Shown: piece after piece, positions 40,679 through 53,575 of the stretch
How positions within the stretch are numbered: position 1 is the first letter of the stretch
Layout of the letters: every line of letters begins with the position of its first letter
Assembly (NCBI GenBank): GCA_030324005.1
Contig: JARDVH010000132.1
Span: 17,699,806 to 17,763,805, forward strand
From: Negaprion brevirostris
Taxonomy: Eukaryota
Length of the DNA: 64,000 nt
Direction: 5' to 3'
Made by a program: the position numbers and the translations under genes
Notes under the pieces: model-generated
Databases searched by the model: none
What the model was told of the DNA's origin: nothing
Seen by the model: the letters and a program-made list of their open reading frames with translations, nothing else

Positions 40679-40831
40679 CCCTATTTAAATTCCACTAGCT
40701 NNNNNNNNNNNNNNNNNNNNNNNNNNNNNNNNNNNNNNNNNNNNNNNNNNNNNNNNNNNNNNNNNNNNNNNNNNNNNNNNNNNNNNNNNNNNNNNNNNNN
40801 NNNNNNNNNNNNNNNNNNNNNNNNNNNNNNN

Positions 40832-41640
40832 TAAGGGGTGTGAATCTGTGGAATTCCCTGCCCAGTGAAACAATTGAGGCTACCTCACTGAATATTTTTA
40901 AGGCAAGGATAGATAAATTTTTGAACAGTGAAGGAATTAAGGGTTATGGTGAGTGGGCGGGTAGAGAGGAGCTGAGTGGGTCAGGATGGGACAGAGAATT
41001 TGTGCAGTAAAGTGCATCAGAGCCTGGGGTTTGTGCAGGGTATAGTACTTGAAAAGATTTAAGACTTTTTATATGAAATTGCAGATACTGTCTCAAAGAT
41101 AGAAGAATTTGTGCCTTAAATAGAGATAAATGGTTTATATTTAATCACTGCTACAATGCCAAGGTTACAAAGTGACCAAGGTTGGGACATAAAGACTCCA
41201 GGGTAAACAGAATTCCTAAAAGATAGGTGGAATGGAAAAGAAGTAAGGATAGTTCTGACCACAAACATTGTATGAGCCAAGAATCTTGCTCATTAATCAG
41301 GCAATAGAGTCAGGATGGGTGGAAATTAAGTACAGGAAGACTTGGAACACAGGGGTGGGAGTGGTCTACAGCCACCTAATGGAGGGCCTAACCTACATTA
41401 TTGAACAGGATATCAAACAGATTATTGGAGCTTGTAGCAAAGGTAGTATAATAATTGTGGGGGTTGTGAATCTTCATAAAGACTGAACAAATCAAACTGG
41501 CAAAGGTACCTGGAAGATGAGGTTGTATAATTCCTTACTGATGTTACTCCAGGAAACTATATTGTGGAAACAAGTAAGGGTAAGGCTAAGACTAATTAAT
41601 AATATTGTTGTACAAGATCTGTTGGGAAATGTTACTATCC
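40832..41640 (+). mobile_element. CR1-type LINE fragments (3' end followed by endonuclease region)
   Basis: gtgaatctgtggaattccctgccc; ESGWVEIK...GVVYS...IIVGVVNLH. Confidence 0.7.
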
Positions 41641-43072
41641 ATCCGTTTACTGTTGTGGTTGTAGAGGTTGATCTATGAGTAGCAGTACCTGCAGCAACTG
41701 ACCTGGATCAATAATATTAGCCTAGTGTTGACTGACTTTTTTTTTTGAAGAACATAAGAAATAAGAGCAGGAATGGACCATTGAGCCTACTCCTCCATTC
41801 AATGCGAACATGGCTGATCCAACTGCATTGGCTCTTTTCCACCATCTGTTTTTTTTTGTCCTCTGGTTTTCCAGTGCCCTTCCTGCTGAATGTCTCCAGG
41901 CATGCTGGTCAGCTGTGAGGACTTGCTATGCATCAGCACCAATCACAGACAACTTGAAGTCTTGCTTGCAGATATCCCTGTGCCACAAACACGAGCAACC
42001 TCAGCCTCATGGCAATCGGAAGCTCATAATGTGGCCGTCATCCATTTGACTCAGTGTTGGATCCATGCAACAGGAACTACTGACTGCTTCCATATTTGGC
42101 ACTGTTACCAGGAGGTGCCCAATATTCGTCTGAGGCAGCCATGATGATTATAATATAATTCAGTTCCATGTTTTGATCAGGAGGGAAATTATCCATCTAT
42201 TTCATTCTGCATTCCCATCGAGACCAGATGAAGTTTTCAAAGTTTTAAATCAACCTTTATTCGAGCTACAGCAGGGAAGTCTGTCTTCCACGAGGTGGTG
42301 TACAGACTTCCCTAGTGATTCATGTCATGAGCAATTATACTTTGGTTATCATACAAGTAATTTAGCAAGTGGGATTAGGTGGGCAGGTCAGAGTATTTTG
42401 TGCATCAGTGCAGGCTCAATGGGTCGAAGGGCCTCTTCTGCACTGTAGTATACCAATCAGAAGTATCCATTTATTCTGAAGTCATTGATATCCTATTATA
42501 GCTAATAGTTCTAATTAGTTATTTATGTCAGGTGAATATAGTTAATCAGTTACAGCCTCTATATGCTTATTTAATTATAGTTACTAATGAAGCACATCTA
42601 CATAGCTACACTATCCACACCTGCTCATCCTCTTGTCCCTTGTTCAGCTCGTTTGTGCAGCCAATCTGTAAGTGTGAAAACTGCACAGAAACACAAGTTT
42701 TCCAGGGAACTTGTTTTGGACTCAATTCACAGGGGAACTCTGCTGCACTGTGACTTCAACCCCTTCAAGTTTAAAAATGACACCCTCAAATCACAAACTC
42801 ATTAAACTTAAGCAAAGCTAATTGCATGCTTATGATGGATTTGGTAAATAGACTAACAGGTATTGTGGTATATAAACATTTAAGTAAATAATTCAAAACG
42901 TTCAACAAAAGTATGTTCCATTGAAAAACAAACTGAGTTTATATTCTTTGGAGTGGGAGACTTCAGTGTCTGGGTAACACCACTACATATCGATCTGGCT
43001 GGGCCCTAAAGATATTGCTGTTAGACTGGGTCTTTGGCAGATGATGAAGGAACTAACGAGAAGAAATAAACC

Positions 43073-43433
43073 ATAGAATCATAGAACCAAATCATAGAAC
43101 CCTACAGTGCAGAAAGAGGCCCTTCGGCCCATTTGAGTCTGCACCGAACACAATCCCACCCGGGCCCTACCCCTGTATCCCTACATATTACACCCACTAA
43201 TCCCTCTAACCTACGCATCCCTAAGCACTAAGGGGCAATTTCTTAGCATGGCCAGTCAACCTAACCTGCACGTCTTTGGACTGTGGAAGGAAACCAGAGT
43301 ACCCAGAGGAAACCCACACAGACAGGAGGAGAATGTGCAAACTCCCCACAGACAGTGACCTGAGCTGGGAATCGAATGCAGAACCCTGGAGGTGTCCAGC
43401 AGTAGTGCTGACCACTGTGCTACCGTGCCGCCC
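43073..43433 (-). mobile_element. HE1 V-SINE (type 1), well preserved
   Basis: Full head gggcggcacggtagcacagtggtcagcact on the minus strand and catagaa tail repeats. Confidence 0.88.
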
Positions 43434-46400
43434 ANNNNNNNNNNNNNNNNNNNNNNNNNNNNNNNNNNNNNNNNNNNNNNNNNNNNNNNNNNNNNNNNNN
43501 NNNNNNNNNNNNNNNNNNNNNNNNNNNNNNNNNNCTGGTTACTACAATTTATCGCTTTAACTTGGAACATTTTGTTTACAATTCCTTGAATTCTTCTGAA
43601 CAATATCTTGGTCTCTTTTTTTAAACTTTGGAATGACGCAAGATATTCTTGCTATCCCAATTTGCTGGTTATCTGGACAGTAACTTGTTCTCTGGGAAGC
43701 CTATCTTTTGTCTGTCATATCCAGTCTTTTTCGTGGCAGAGTTGAGAGATATTCGCTCCTTGATGATTTTCTTCAACTGCAATATATCCAGCTAAAACTA
43801 AAACTTAAGAGCTGTTGTAGCTTACAAAGCCCCCAGTTGCTAAGCAATCACTGCTAATTTATTTACTCTTCACGCTGTACCCCTTTTAAACACAGCAGAA
43901 TCACAGTCGGAACCGAAGCAATTCCCACACAGGGATACCTTCTTCTAGTATGAATGTAACTATAGGTTTTACCCTTCTGGGAACAGAAACCTTAAATCAA
44001 CTCGCTTAAAAAGGTACCTTATTTCTAATGTTTGCCCATACAACAAAAATCCTTTAAAAGTACCCCTGTTTTCTTAACACAATATAATAGGCAACATGTC
44101 ATTTTGAAAAGGCTAATTAATTGATAATTATCCCTAATCTCTCTCCTCTTCTCCATAAGAATGAAGATGGGGTTGGATAGGTAGGAATGTTTGGGTTTGA
44201 AAATTTTAACCTGAAAAGAATAACTTTGTCAGGAAAAGAAACTGTGTAGTTACCTACCTTTTGGTATAGTTGATGATGGACCTGTGCATTTCCAGCATTT
44301 TCTAATATTCACTCCAGATACATTTCATTTTGATTTATTATGCTGTATATAATATACACCAACCGTATTTTCACCGGTTACTGTTTTCTTCTGTGTTTTC
44401 TTGAGAATTGTTGTGTGGTGCACAATGTTCTGTACTTAAGAAGTTTTTGTTTGCAACTGTTCTTAGGTTAAAAATTTCCAGCCTAAACCCTCCTGCTTAG
44501 CCACCTCCCTCTCCATCTTTAAGGCCAAAGGGAGAGAGATTTATTGACCTTTTTCAGGATTGCATGATGTCTATTATGTTGGGTTATGTTGAACATGTTA
44601 ATTTTCAGGAACTGGCCCTGTGCTGTACTCGAGTTTCTTTTTGAAGCAAAGTGTGAAAGTGATATCCATTCAAAGGTCAAATGATTAAAGAATGTCTCTT
44701 GATAGGTGAGAACAATCAAAATAGATGGTGTCTGATGTTCTTGGCACATATTTATTATTCTAGTGTAAGATTTAAACTGTTAATATATTGACCTTCAGCT
44801 TTTGGCTCGCCTTACTGAGGTTTCCTCAACTCTTAGTGTTTGAACAGTAAAACAATCTGGTTAGTTTGGCAATTCAGAATTTTTTTTAAAACAACAAACG
44901 CATGTCTGACTATAAGGAGCTGAACAAGTGGTATCAAGGACATGGTATAGGGTTTAGTGCAGAATGGATGGTCAAAATCATTCTGCTTGATTTTCTTTTC
45001 ATAGAAACATAGAAGATAGGAGCAGGAGGAGGCCATTTTGCCCTTTGAACTTGCTCCGCCATTCATTACAATCATGACTGATCATCCAACTAAATAGCCT
45101 AATCTGGCTTTTTTCCCATAACCTTTGATCCCATTCGCCCCAGTTTGTGGAGATTTGCGGTTGCTTGAGTTTAGTTATTATCCAGGACTAATTATACCCT
45201 AAAAAACTTTCACAGCAACTCGCACTTGACTTCCTCAGACATGCTGTGTGAAAGTCAGGTAATGTGAAGAAAGCCTAGTTCACTTTGTATGTTAGAAGAT
45301 GACATTGTACCACAACTTGTATTGTGTTTGTGATCTGGTCAATCTGTGTCTCTCGTTCCTTTATATTGTACTTTGCACAGACTGGGATGAACAACATAAC
45401 TGAAGTTTAACTTAAGGAGACCACCACTTAAGATCAAGTGTATAAAAATATTGTCTGATTTCAAGAGTAAATTGGATATAGTTCTTGGGGCTTAAGGGAT
45501 CAAAGAATAGGGAGGTGGAGGGCACGGAGGAGGAATGGGATATTGAATTCGATGATTAGCCATGATCAAAATAAATGGCGGAGCAGGTTCGGAGGGCCGA
45601 ATGGCTGCCTCCTGCTTCAAGTTTCTATGTTTCCAAATTGTAAATTTGACTTTTAAGTGCCCTGAAATTGCATGACTGGTGTATATTATGTATGCTGATT
45701 ATATATGAATATGCTGTTGCACATCAGCAGACACGTCTCTTGACAGAGAGCAGGTTGAGTTCCAGCGGCAAGGGAACCCCTACGACTGGGGATCTCCCAA
45801 CTGGTGCAGCCTTCATCCATCATCACAGCCATTGATATCGTATGAATATCTTCTGCCTGATTTGGCATTGAGGACATGTTTTGGATTGTTCTTTGTCTTG
45901 TTCCTCCCATCTGGCACTACCATCATGGGTGACCCTGCCAAGAGTTTAAGGCTCCGAATGGCATTGCTCTTGGGACCAACGGAACATTGAATCCTCTTCA
46001 GCGTGGCAAGATGGCAATCCAAGGAAAGCAAATATGTTAATAAAATGTGCCACAGTAGAAGAAGCTTCTACACAGACAAGCCCTGTGGCATTGGTGAGCG
46101 GTGATAGGGACAGGACCCCAAGATCTAGAAATCTCTAGCTGCAGACCGGCACAGGCAATGAAGTTTGATTTGGTCATTTCACTCTTAGAATAGGAACATT
46201 TTTGTAGCTTTCTTCATGATTTGAGTAGCCTTCAGGATTCACTCTGCTCGCCCCGCGTGGGAAAAGTTTAGAAAGGATGCCCTAACAAAAACAGTCTGTC
46301 CTGTCTTCAATCTGGCAGGAAAATTGCATCCAGCAGACTCATCTGCTTGTGGTCAGAAAATCAAAGTTAAACTAACTTTCCAAACCTAGAATGTACGAAT

Positions 46401-46867
46401 GCCCATGGGTAATAAGCAAAACAATTAACAGGGACAGAGAACTGCCCTTGTTGCAGGTGAACCCAGGCATTTCAACGTTGACGTTGCTGTCCTGCAAGTG
46501 ACCTGAAGATCAGGTGAAGGCCAGCTGAGGGAAGATGATGGTGGTTACACCTTCTGGAGCAGAAAACCTGAGGATCAGTCAGCAACAAAATTGAATTCAT
46601 CAACCAACTCTCGGAGCTCTCTGGCATGAGTGTCTCATGACTCTCCATCTACAACTTGCCAAGAATCAGAAGGCAATGGGCATGAGTGTCTATGCCCAAC
46701 CTTTGATGCCAATAATGATCCAAAGGAGGCTTTCAGTCCACCCTGGAGACCATACACTGCAACATTTCCAAAGAAGATAAGATCATCCTCCTTGGGGGGT
46801 TTCAACATCAGAGTTCGAAAGGACTCAAGTCTGGCAAGGAACCATCAGAAAGGAAGGAGTTGGGAAT

Positions 46868-47142
46868 TAAAGTTTATTTTATTAATGTCACAACCAGGCT
46901 TACATTAGTACTGCAATGAAGTTACTGTGAAAGTCCCCTAGTCGTCGCCTTCCGGCGCCTGCTGTGATACACTGTGGCCACGCTAAATTTGTCCCTATGT
47001 ACCTATTCAGCCATCTTTCAGACTGGTAGGAAACCAGACTACTCAGGGGAAACCCGTGCTGTTTTGGGGAGAAATGCAGACTTTGCACAGACAATGACCC
47101 AAGCCAGGAATCGAACCCAAGTGCACTGAGGGGCACCGTGCG
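46868..47142 (-). mobile_element. HE1 type-2 SINE nested in the RTE
   Basis: Tail ctgcaatgaagttactgtgaaagtcccctagtcg. Confidence 0.8.
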
Positions 47143-49384
47143 GGACTACAATTCCAACAATATTCTCCTGCTCACCTCTTGTGTGGAACACTATCATTAA
47201 CATACCAGAAAAATAAGCTCAAGACTAACTGGAGACAGCCATGATCAAAGCACTTGAGCATGATTGACTTTGTGATCGTCCAATCCCGAGACCAAATGGA
47301 TGCCTTTGTCACCAAAGCAGTGACTAGTGCGGATGACTGCTGAACAGACCATCTGCTCATCCGCTCCTCTGTCCAGCATGCTCCTGAAGAAACAGCTCAA
47401 AAAAAAAATCAAAGTTGAGCAGCTTCAAGAGCCAGACCTACTGGCGAACTTCCAATAATGTCTTCTCCAAAATTAAGTGTCTGTTCTAATGGAGTGGAGA
47501 AAAATTGGAGTTGAAGACAGCCATCATCTCAAGCTGTGAAGAAGCCATTGGCTACAAGACTAAAAAAACACCAAGACTGGTTTGGTGAGACCAATCGTGT
47601 TTTGAATTGATTTGATTTATTATTGTCACATATATTAACATACAGTGAAAAGTATTGTTTCTTGCGCACTATGCAGACGAAACATGCCATGCGAAGGAAA
47701 CCGAGAGAGTGTTACAGTCTTAGCTAGGGTGTCAAGAAAGCTCAACTCAGTACAAGGTAAGTCCATTCAAAAGTCTAATGGCAGCAGGGAAGAAGCTGTT
47801 GTTGCATAGGTTGGTATGTGACCTNNNNNNNNNNNNNNNNNNNNNNNNNNNNNNNNNNNNNNNNNNNNNNNNNNNNNNNNNNNNNNNNNNNNNNNNNNNN
47901 NNNNNNNNNNNNNNNNNNNNNNNNNNNNNNNNNNNNNNNNNNNNNNNNNNNNNNNNNNNNNNNNNNNNNNNNNNNNNNNNNNNNNNNNNNNNNNNNNNNN
48001 NNNNNNNNNNNNNNNNNNNNNNNNNNNNNNNNNNNNNNNNNNNNNNNNNNNNNNNNNNNNNNNNNNNNNNNNNNNNNNNNNNNNNNNNNNNNNNNNNNNN
48101 NNNNNNNNNNNNNNNNNNNNNNNNNNNNNNNNNNNNNNNNNNNNNNNNNNNNNNNNNNNNNNNNNNNNNNNNNNNNNNNNNNNNNNNNNNNNNNNNNNNN
48201 NNNNNNNNNNNNNNNNNNNNNNTCAAAGGGCTAGATGGCCTACTCCTGCCCCTATTTCTTATGTTCTTAAGTCGATGACAATCTTCTTCGTCCGAGACTT
48301 CTTTAACAAGCCTGTGCTTGGCAAAATGATGTAACCAGCAAAGCAAAGAGGAGAGCTCTCCAATTAGCAAAACTGGAGGTAAGAAGTAGAATGAGGGAAA
48401 TAAGAACCAATGGTGCACCGAGAAAGCTAAGAATCTACCCTCACAGACAAGCATGTCACCACACGCTGCTTCAGTGCCACCAAGGCAATATCTGGGCCCA
48501 ACACCCTGACATCAAATGTGCAAAATATGGACAGAATCCTCCTGGGGGACTGAGAAAGCATCAGCCTTCGATGGAGAGAACACTTCAAAGAACTCCTAAG
48601 CAATGGTACTGTCATAAACAAGAACATGCTTGAAGAAATCCTGCAACTTCCTGTCAGAGATTAACTTGGACTCCCACAAAGCATGGACAAAGTTGAAACT
48701 GCTGTTAAGCAGGAAAAATGGAGTGAACGGGATTCCAGCAAAGATTTTGAAACTTGGAGAAGATAAGATCACACACCATCACCATCAGCTGCTCCTGAAA
48801 ATATGGGGCAGAGAAGAAATTCCTGCTGATCAAGGATTCCGCCATCACCACCATCTTCAAGAAAGCTGTGGGAACTGTCAAGGAATCTCCATCAGGAAGA
48901 TCACTGCCTGAGTCCTTTCTAACCACCTTCACCCAGTCTCTGAAGTAATCTTTCTGGAAAGCCAGTGTGACTTCTGACTAAACCATGGAATAGTGGACAT
49001 GATTTTCACTGCTCAACAACTTTGAGAAATGCTAAGAGCAACATCAACCATTTGTATATGGACTTCATCTATCTGACCAAGTATTGTGCCTCAATTAATC
49101 AAAGTGCTATGGAAGACCCTGTCAAAGGCTGGGTACTCAGAAGTTCATTTACATTCTCTGACTCCACGATAAGATGTCTGCAACAGTCCTCCCCAACTGA
49201 ATTAAGACAAACACTCGGTCAGGGCTGGAGACAAGCAGAAATGTGTCATCACCTCCACCCTTTTCTCCATTTTCATCGCCACCATCCTTCACCATATCCA
49301 GGACAAGCTTCCCAGTGTAGTGAATATCATCTGCAGGATGGACGGAAAATTTTTCAAGTTGAACTGATTTTTAAAATTTTTACT

Positions 49385-50500
49385 TGATTTATTATTGTCA
49401 CATGTATTAACATACAGTGAGAAGTATTGTTTCTTGCGTGCAATATAGACAAAGACAAAGCCTACCGTTCATAGAGAAAGAAATGAGTGTGTGCAGAATG
49501 TAGTGTTACAGTCATAGCTAGAGTATAGAGAAAGATCTGCTTAATGCGAGGTAAGTCCATTCAAAAGTCTGACAGCAGCAGGGAAGAAGCTGTTCTTAAG
49601 TTGGTTGATATGTTACCTCAGACTTTTGTATCTTTTTCCTGACGGGAGAAGGTGGAAGAGAGAATGTCTGGGGTGCATGGGGTCCTTAATTATGCTGCTG
49701 TTTTGCTGAGGCAGTAGGAAGTGTAGATGGAGTCAATGGCTTTGAAGCTGATACATGTAATGGATTAGACTACATTCATGACCTTTTGTAGTTCCTTGTG
49801 GTCTTGGGCAGAGCAGGAGCCATATCAAGCTGTGAAACATCCAGAAAGATTGCTTTCTATGGTGCATCTGTAGAAGTTGGTGAGAGTCTTAGCTGACATT
49901 CCAAATTTCCTTAGTCTGAGAAAGTAGAGGCATTGATGGGCTTTCTTAACTGTTGTGTTGGCATGGGGGGACCAGGGCAGGTTGGTGATCTGGACACCTA
50001 GAAACTTGAAGCTCTCGACCCTTTCTACTTGGTCCCAGTTGATATAGACAGGGGCATGTTCTCCTTTTGACTTCCTGGAGTTGATAACCATCTCCTTCAT
50101 TTTGTTGACATTGAGGGAGAGATTATTGTTGCTGTACCAGTTCACCAGATTCTCTATCTCATTTCTGTACTTTTGTCTCATCATTGTTTGAGAACTGACT
50201 CACTATGGTGTGTCATTGGCAAACTTGAAAATCAAGTTGGAGGGGAATTTGGCCACACAGTTATAAGTAGTATTGTAGGGAGCTGAGAACACAGCTTTGT
50301 GGGGCACCGGTGTTGAGAATGATCGTGGACAATGTGTTGTTGCCTATCCTTACTGATTATGGTCTGTGGCTTCGGAAGTTCAGGATCCAGTCGCAGAGGG
50401 AGGTGCTGAGGCTCAGGCCATGGAATTTGGGGGTGAATTTCATGGGAATAGTAGTGTTGAAGACTGAGCTGTAGTCATTAAATAACAGTCTGACATAAAT
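49385..50500 (-). mobile_element. Rex1/Babar-type LINE, RT C-terminal half, nested in the RTE
   Basis: YVRLLFNDYSSVFNTTIP; YRNEIENLVNWYSNNNLSLNVNKMKEMVI; VESFKFLGVQI; KKAHQCLYFLR; NFYRCTIES. Confidence 0.85.
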
Positions 50501-50951
50501 AGGAGCCTGCTTGAAATCCAAGAAGAAAATTACATTAACGTCGCTCGTGGAACTTAAGTATGTGGGTGACATCACCATTTTGGCTCTCAGAAGGGAATCT
50601 CCAAGCCATGCTTGATAACTTCATGGAAGCATACTGAAGAGTTTGGTCTCGCCCTTAACCTAAAGTAGACTCAAGTTGTTTATCAACCCAGTCCAGGGCA
50701 AGATTCAGCCCCTCCCTCCAAGAGCAGTACTATCATTGCTGTCTGAGATGCAATACCTGCATCAGCTGAGAAGACAGGCATACTTGAAGGAGCTAAGAGG
50801 CCATGATCGTCTGAAACCAACTCTGCTGGGCTGGCCATATGCTTAGGATGTCAGAGTCTCGACTACTAAAGAAAATCTTCACCCAGCTCAAGGGAGGCCG
50901 TTAAAGAAGAGGACGACAAAGGAAGCTTTTCAAGTACACCCTGAAGGATTG

Positions 50952-51275
50952 GGGGCAGCAGAGTGACACAGTGGTTAGCACTACTGCCTCACAGTGCCAG
51001 GGACTCGGGTTTGATTCCTAGCTTGGATTACTGCCTGTGTGGAGTTTGTACATTCTCACTGTGTCTCATTGGTTTCCCCCGGGTGTTCTGGTTTCCTCCC
51101 ACAGTCAAAAGATGTGTGAGTTAGGTGGATTGGCCATTGCCAACTTGCCCCTTAGTGCCAGGGAGACTAGCTAGGATAAATGCATGGGGTTATGGGGGTA
51201 GGGCCAGGGTGGGTTTGTGGTTGGTGCAGACTCAATGGGCCAAATGGACTCCTGCACTGTAGGATTCTATGATTA
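50952..51275 (+). mobile_element. HE1 V-SINE (type 1) nested in the RTE
   Basis: Complete head, V-domain and tail. Confidence 0.87.
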
Positions 51276-52479
51276 TCTCAAGAAATGCAACAAAGATGTC
51301 AATGTCTGGGAGACCCTTGCTCAGAATAGACTTACTTGGAGGAACCTCCTGATTGAAGGGACGCATTCTGAGAAAGTGGTATCAGTGACCTAGAGTCAAT
51401 GGACTGAACCCACCTCGTGGAAATACTTGCCAAGTGTACAGTTAGTGATATGGCTGTAGGACCACATACGCAAAGACCCACCGGATCCATGACCAATAAC
51501 AGAGTTGCTTTGGTGGACAATGATATTTGTTAGTGATCATCGAAGAAAATGCTGATTACAATGTTTTTTTGAAAAATTGAATTAGATTCCATATAAGAAA
51601 CAGGGATTTCATTAATCCTCAATGCAACGATTGCTTTTATTAATCTCTTCATGCACAAATTAATTTATTCTTTATGAATCAATTTGAGAAATTCCTACAA
51701 AGATTGGATTGTTTATAGATAAGTTATTGAAGCCTTAAAGAAACATCTTTTTTCCCCATTTCAGTTAAGCCACCTGTGTTCCAAAGAAGTTTATACTTTG
51801 CCAGCTGATTTTTAAAAGAAAGTTGCTTTCATTGGAGGAAAGGGAAGATTGAAATATTCNNNNNNNNNNNNNNNNNNNNNNNNNNNNNNNNNNNNNNNNN
51901 NNNNNNNNNNNNNNNNNNNNNNNNNNNNNNNNNNNNNNNNNNNNNNNNNNNNNNNNNNNGGAAGATTGAAATCTTCAAGTGCAAACTGTGGAGAATCTTC
52001 CAAGACATTGATCAAGGAAATTTGTTGTCACTGGCTAATAAAAATAGTGAGAGAAGCAAAATGAAGTATTGAAATGTATGCTTTGGTTACAATGTGGTGA
52101 TGATGCATTTGCAAAATGAAGACGGTTAGGGAAGTCAAAAGGGTTTAAAGAAAACCATGCCATTTATTTCCTTGGGATGTGCCAAAGTGCTTCACATTTG
52201 CTGAATTATTAAAGCTTGTGCTCTTGCATACCCCTCATGTAATTCCAAAGTTTAAATTAAATGCAACAAAAACTTGCCAAATTCTATTTTATTTCTGTTT
52301 TGATTCATTGCAGACTGTGTATTTGAACATTTTACTTTTATTGTCATTGTACATTTATTGTACTCATATCAGCCATTGCTTGTCACAAAGGAGCGTGTTG
52401 ATAGTGTTTTTGGAAAAAAGGTTTTTAAATTTAGCCATTAAAAAAAATTGTTTCTTAAAATGTTTCTGGTTGTTTCCAG

Positions 52480-52566
52480 GCTTTTGTACAGTTTGGCTTT
52501 CAATGCAAGATTCATGCGACATCTTTGGAATTTGATCACATCTGTAACAACTAAAATGATCACCGG
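52480..52566 (+). CDS. UBE3C: UBE3C exon 11 (LLYSLAFNARFMRHLWNLITSVTTKMIT)
   Basis: tgtttccAG acceptor, GTaaga donor, 87 nt, phase 2/2; follows a ~20-kb intron. Confidence 0.96.
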
Positions 52567-52756
52567 GTAAGAATATTAGATATGCAGGTGCTGCTGTCTA
52601 CATTGTTAAACATTTGCTGTTTGTCAGTCATACTGATAATCAATTACCAGTTATGTCGCACAAGATTAACATGCATTTCTTATTTTGCGAATAGAATGGT
52701 TATGAGACTAAATGTATGGCAGTAAATCAACAGTGGAAAACATTTAAATTTTAAAA

Positions 52757-53026
52757 GTAAAATCTTATTTACTAGTCACAAGTAAGGCCTACATTAACAC
52801 TGCAATGAAGTCAGTGTGAAATTCCGCTAGTTGCCACAATCCAGTTCCTGTTCGGGTCAATTCACTAACCAGCATGTCTTTTAGAATGTGAGAGGAGACT
52901 GGAGGAAACCCATGCATACATGGGGAGAGCATGCAAACTCACACAGACAGTGACCCAAGCTGGGAATTGAACCTGGGTCCTCCTGGTGCTGTGAAGTAGC
53001 AGTGCTAATCACTGTATTACCATGCT
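52757..53026 (-). mobile_element. HE1 type-2 SINE
   Basis: agtcacaagtaaggcctacattaacactgcaatgaag tail and reverse-complement head. Confidence 0.82.
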
Positions 53027-53421
53027 GAAAACTCTTTCAAAATTTCCAACCAAAAAACACAAATTGAAAAAGAAATATAATTCCATGGTTTAAAACTGGA
53101 AAGTGAAGGATTGTGTTGGATTAAAAGAAGAGGCTTATAATGTTGCATTGAAGGATGAGACTTTTAGAACTGAATAAGTTATGACAAAAAAGTTCATGTT
53201 AGAATGAGAGTAAATTTGCTAGGAACATAAAGAAATTTAACAACTTTTGCAAGTATATGGTAATGAAACCGAGTTAGTTATGTAAATGTTGGTCCTTTAG
53301 AAGCAGAAGAGATACTCTTGCAATGCATGAGGAAATAGCAGAGGTATTGAATAAAAATCTAGATTGTTTTCACAGTGGAAGATGAAACAATGCATATCTA
53401 GAGATTAATAAGGGTGAAGAG

Positions 53422-53518
53422 TTCTCTGTCTCTCGCCCACTCTTTTTCTCTCTCTGCCTGTCTCTCGCCCACCCTTTTATTTTCTCTCTGCCTGTCTCTC
53501 GCCCACTCTTTCTTTTTT

Positions 53519-53557
<39 letters not shown>

Positions 53558-53575
53558 TGCCTGTCTCTCGCACTC
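53422..53575 (+). repeat. CT-rich minisatellite (unit ~ctctgcctgtctctcgcccac plus T/CT run) with (CT)n; another (CT)n at 53891-53930
   Basis: Read directly; four imperfect units. Confidence 0.9.

Larger units (their letters stand above)
45740..51560 (+). mobile_element. Near full-length decayed RTE-clade LINE, interrupted by several younger insertions
   Basis: Endonuclease (T*NVRM...RTALVAGE..FNVDVAVLQ...EGQLRE.GGYTFWS; IDFVIV...TDHLLI), RT (NGIPAKILK, ESQCDF..GIVDMIFTAQQL, ELKYVGD), C-terminus QLCWAGHMLRM. Confidence 0.85.

Noticed and set aside
51843-51972. ggaagattgaaat repeated on both sides of a gap
   Set aside because: Short and gap-adjacent; an overlap artefact or a collapsed repeat that cannot be evaluated.
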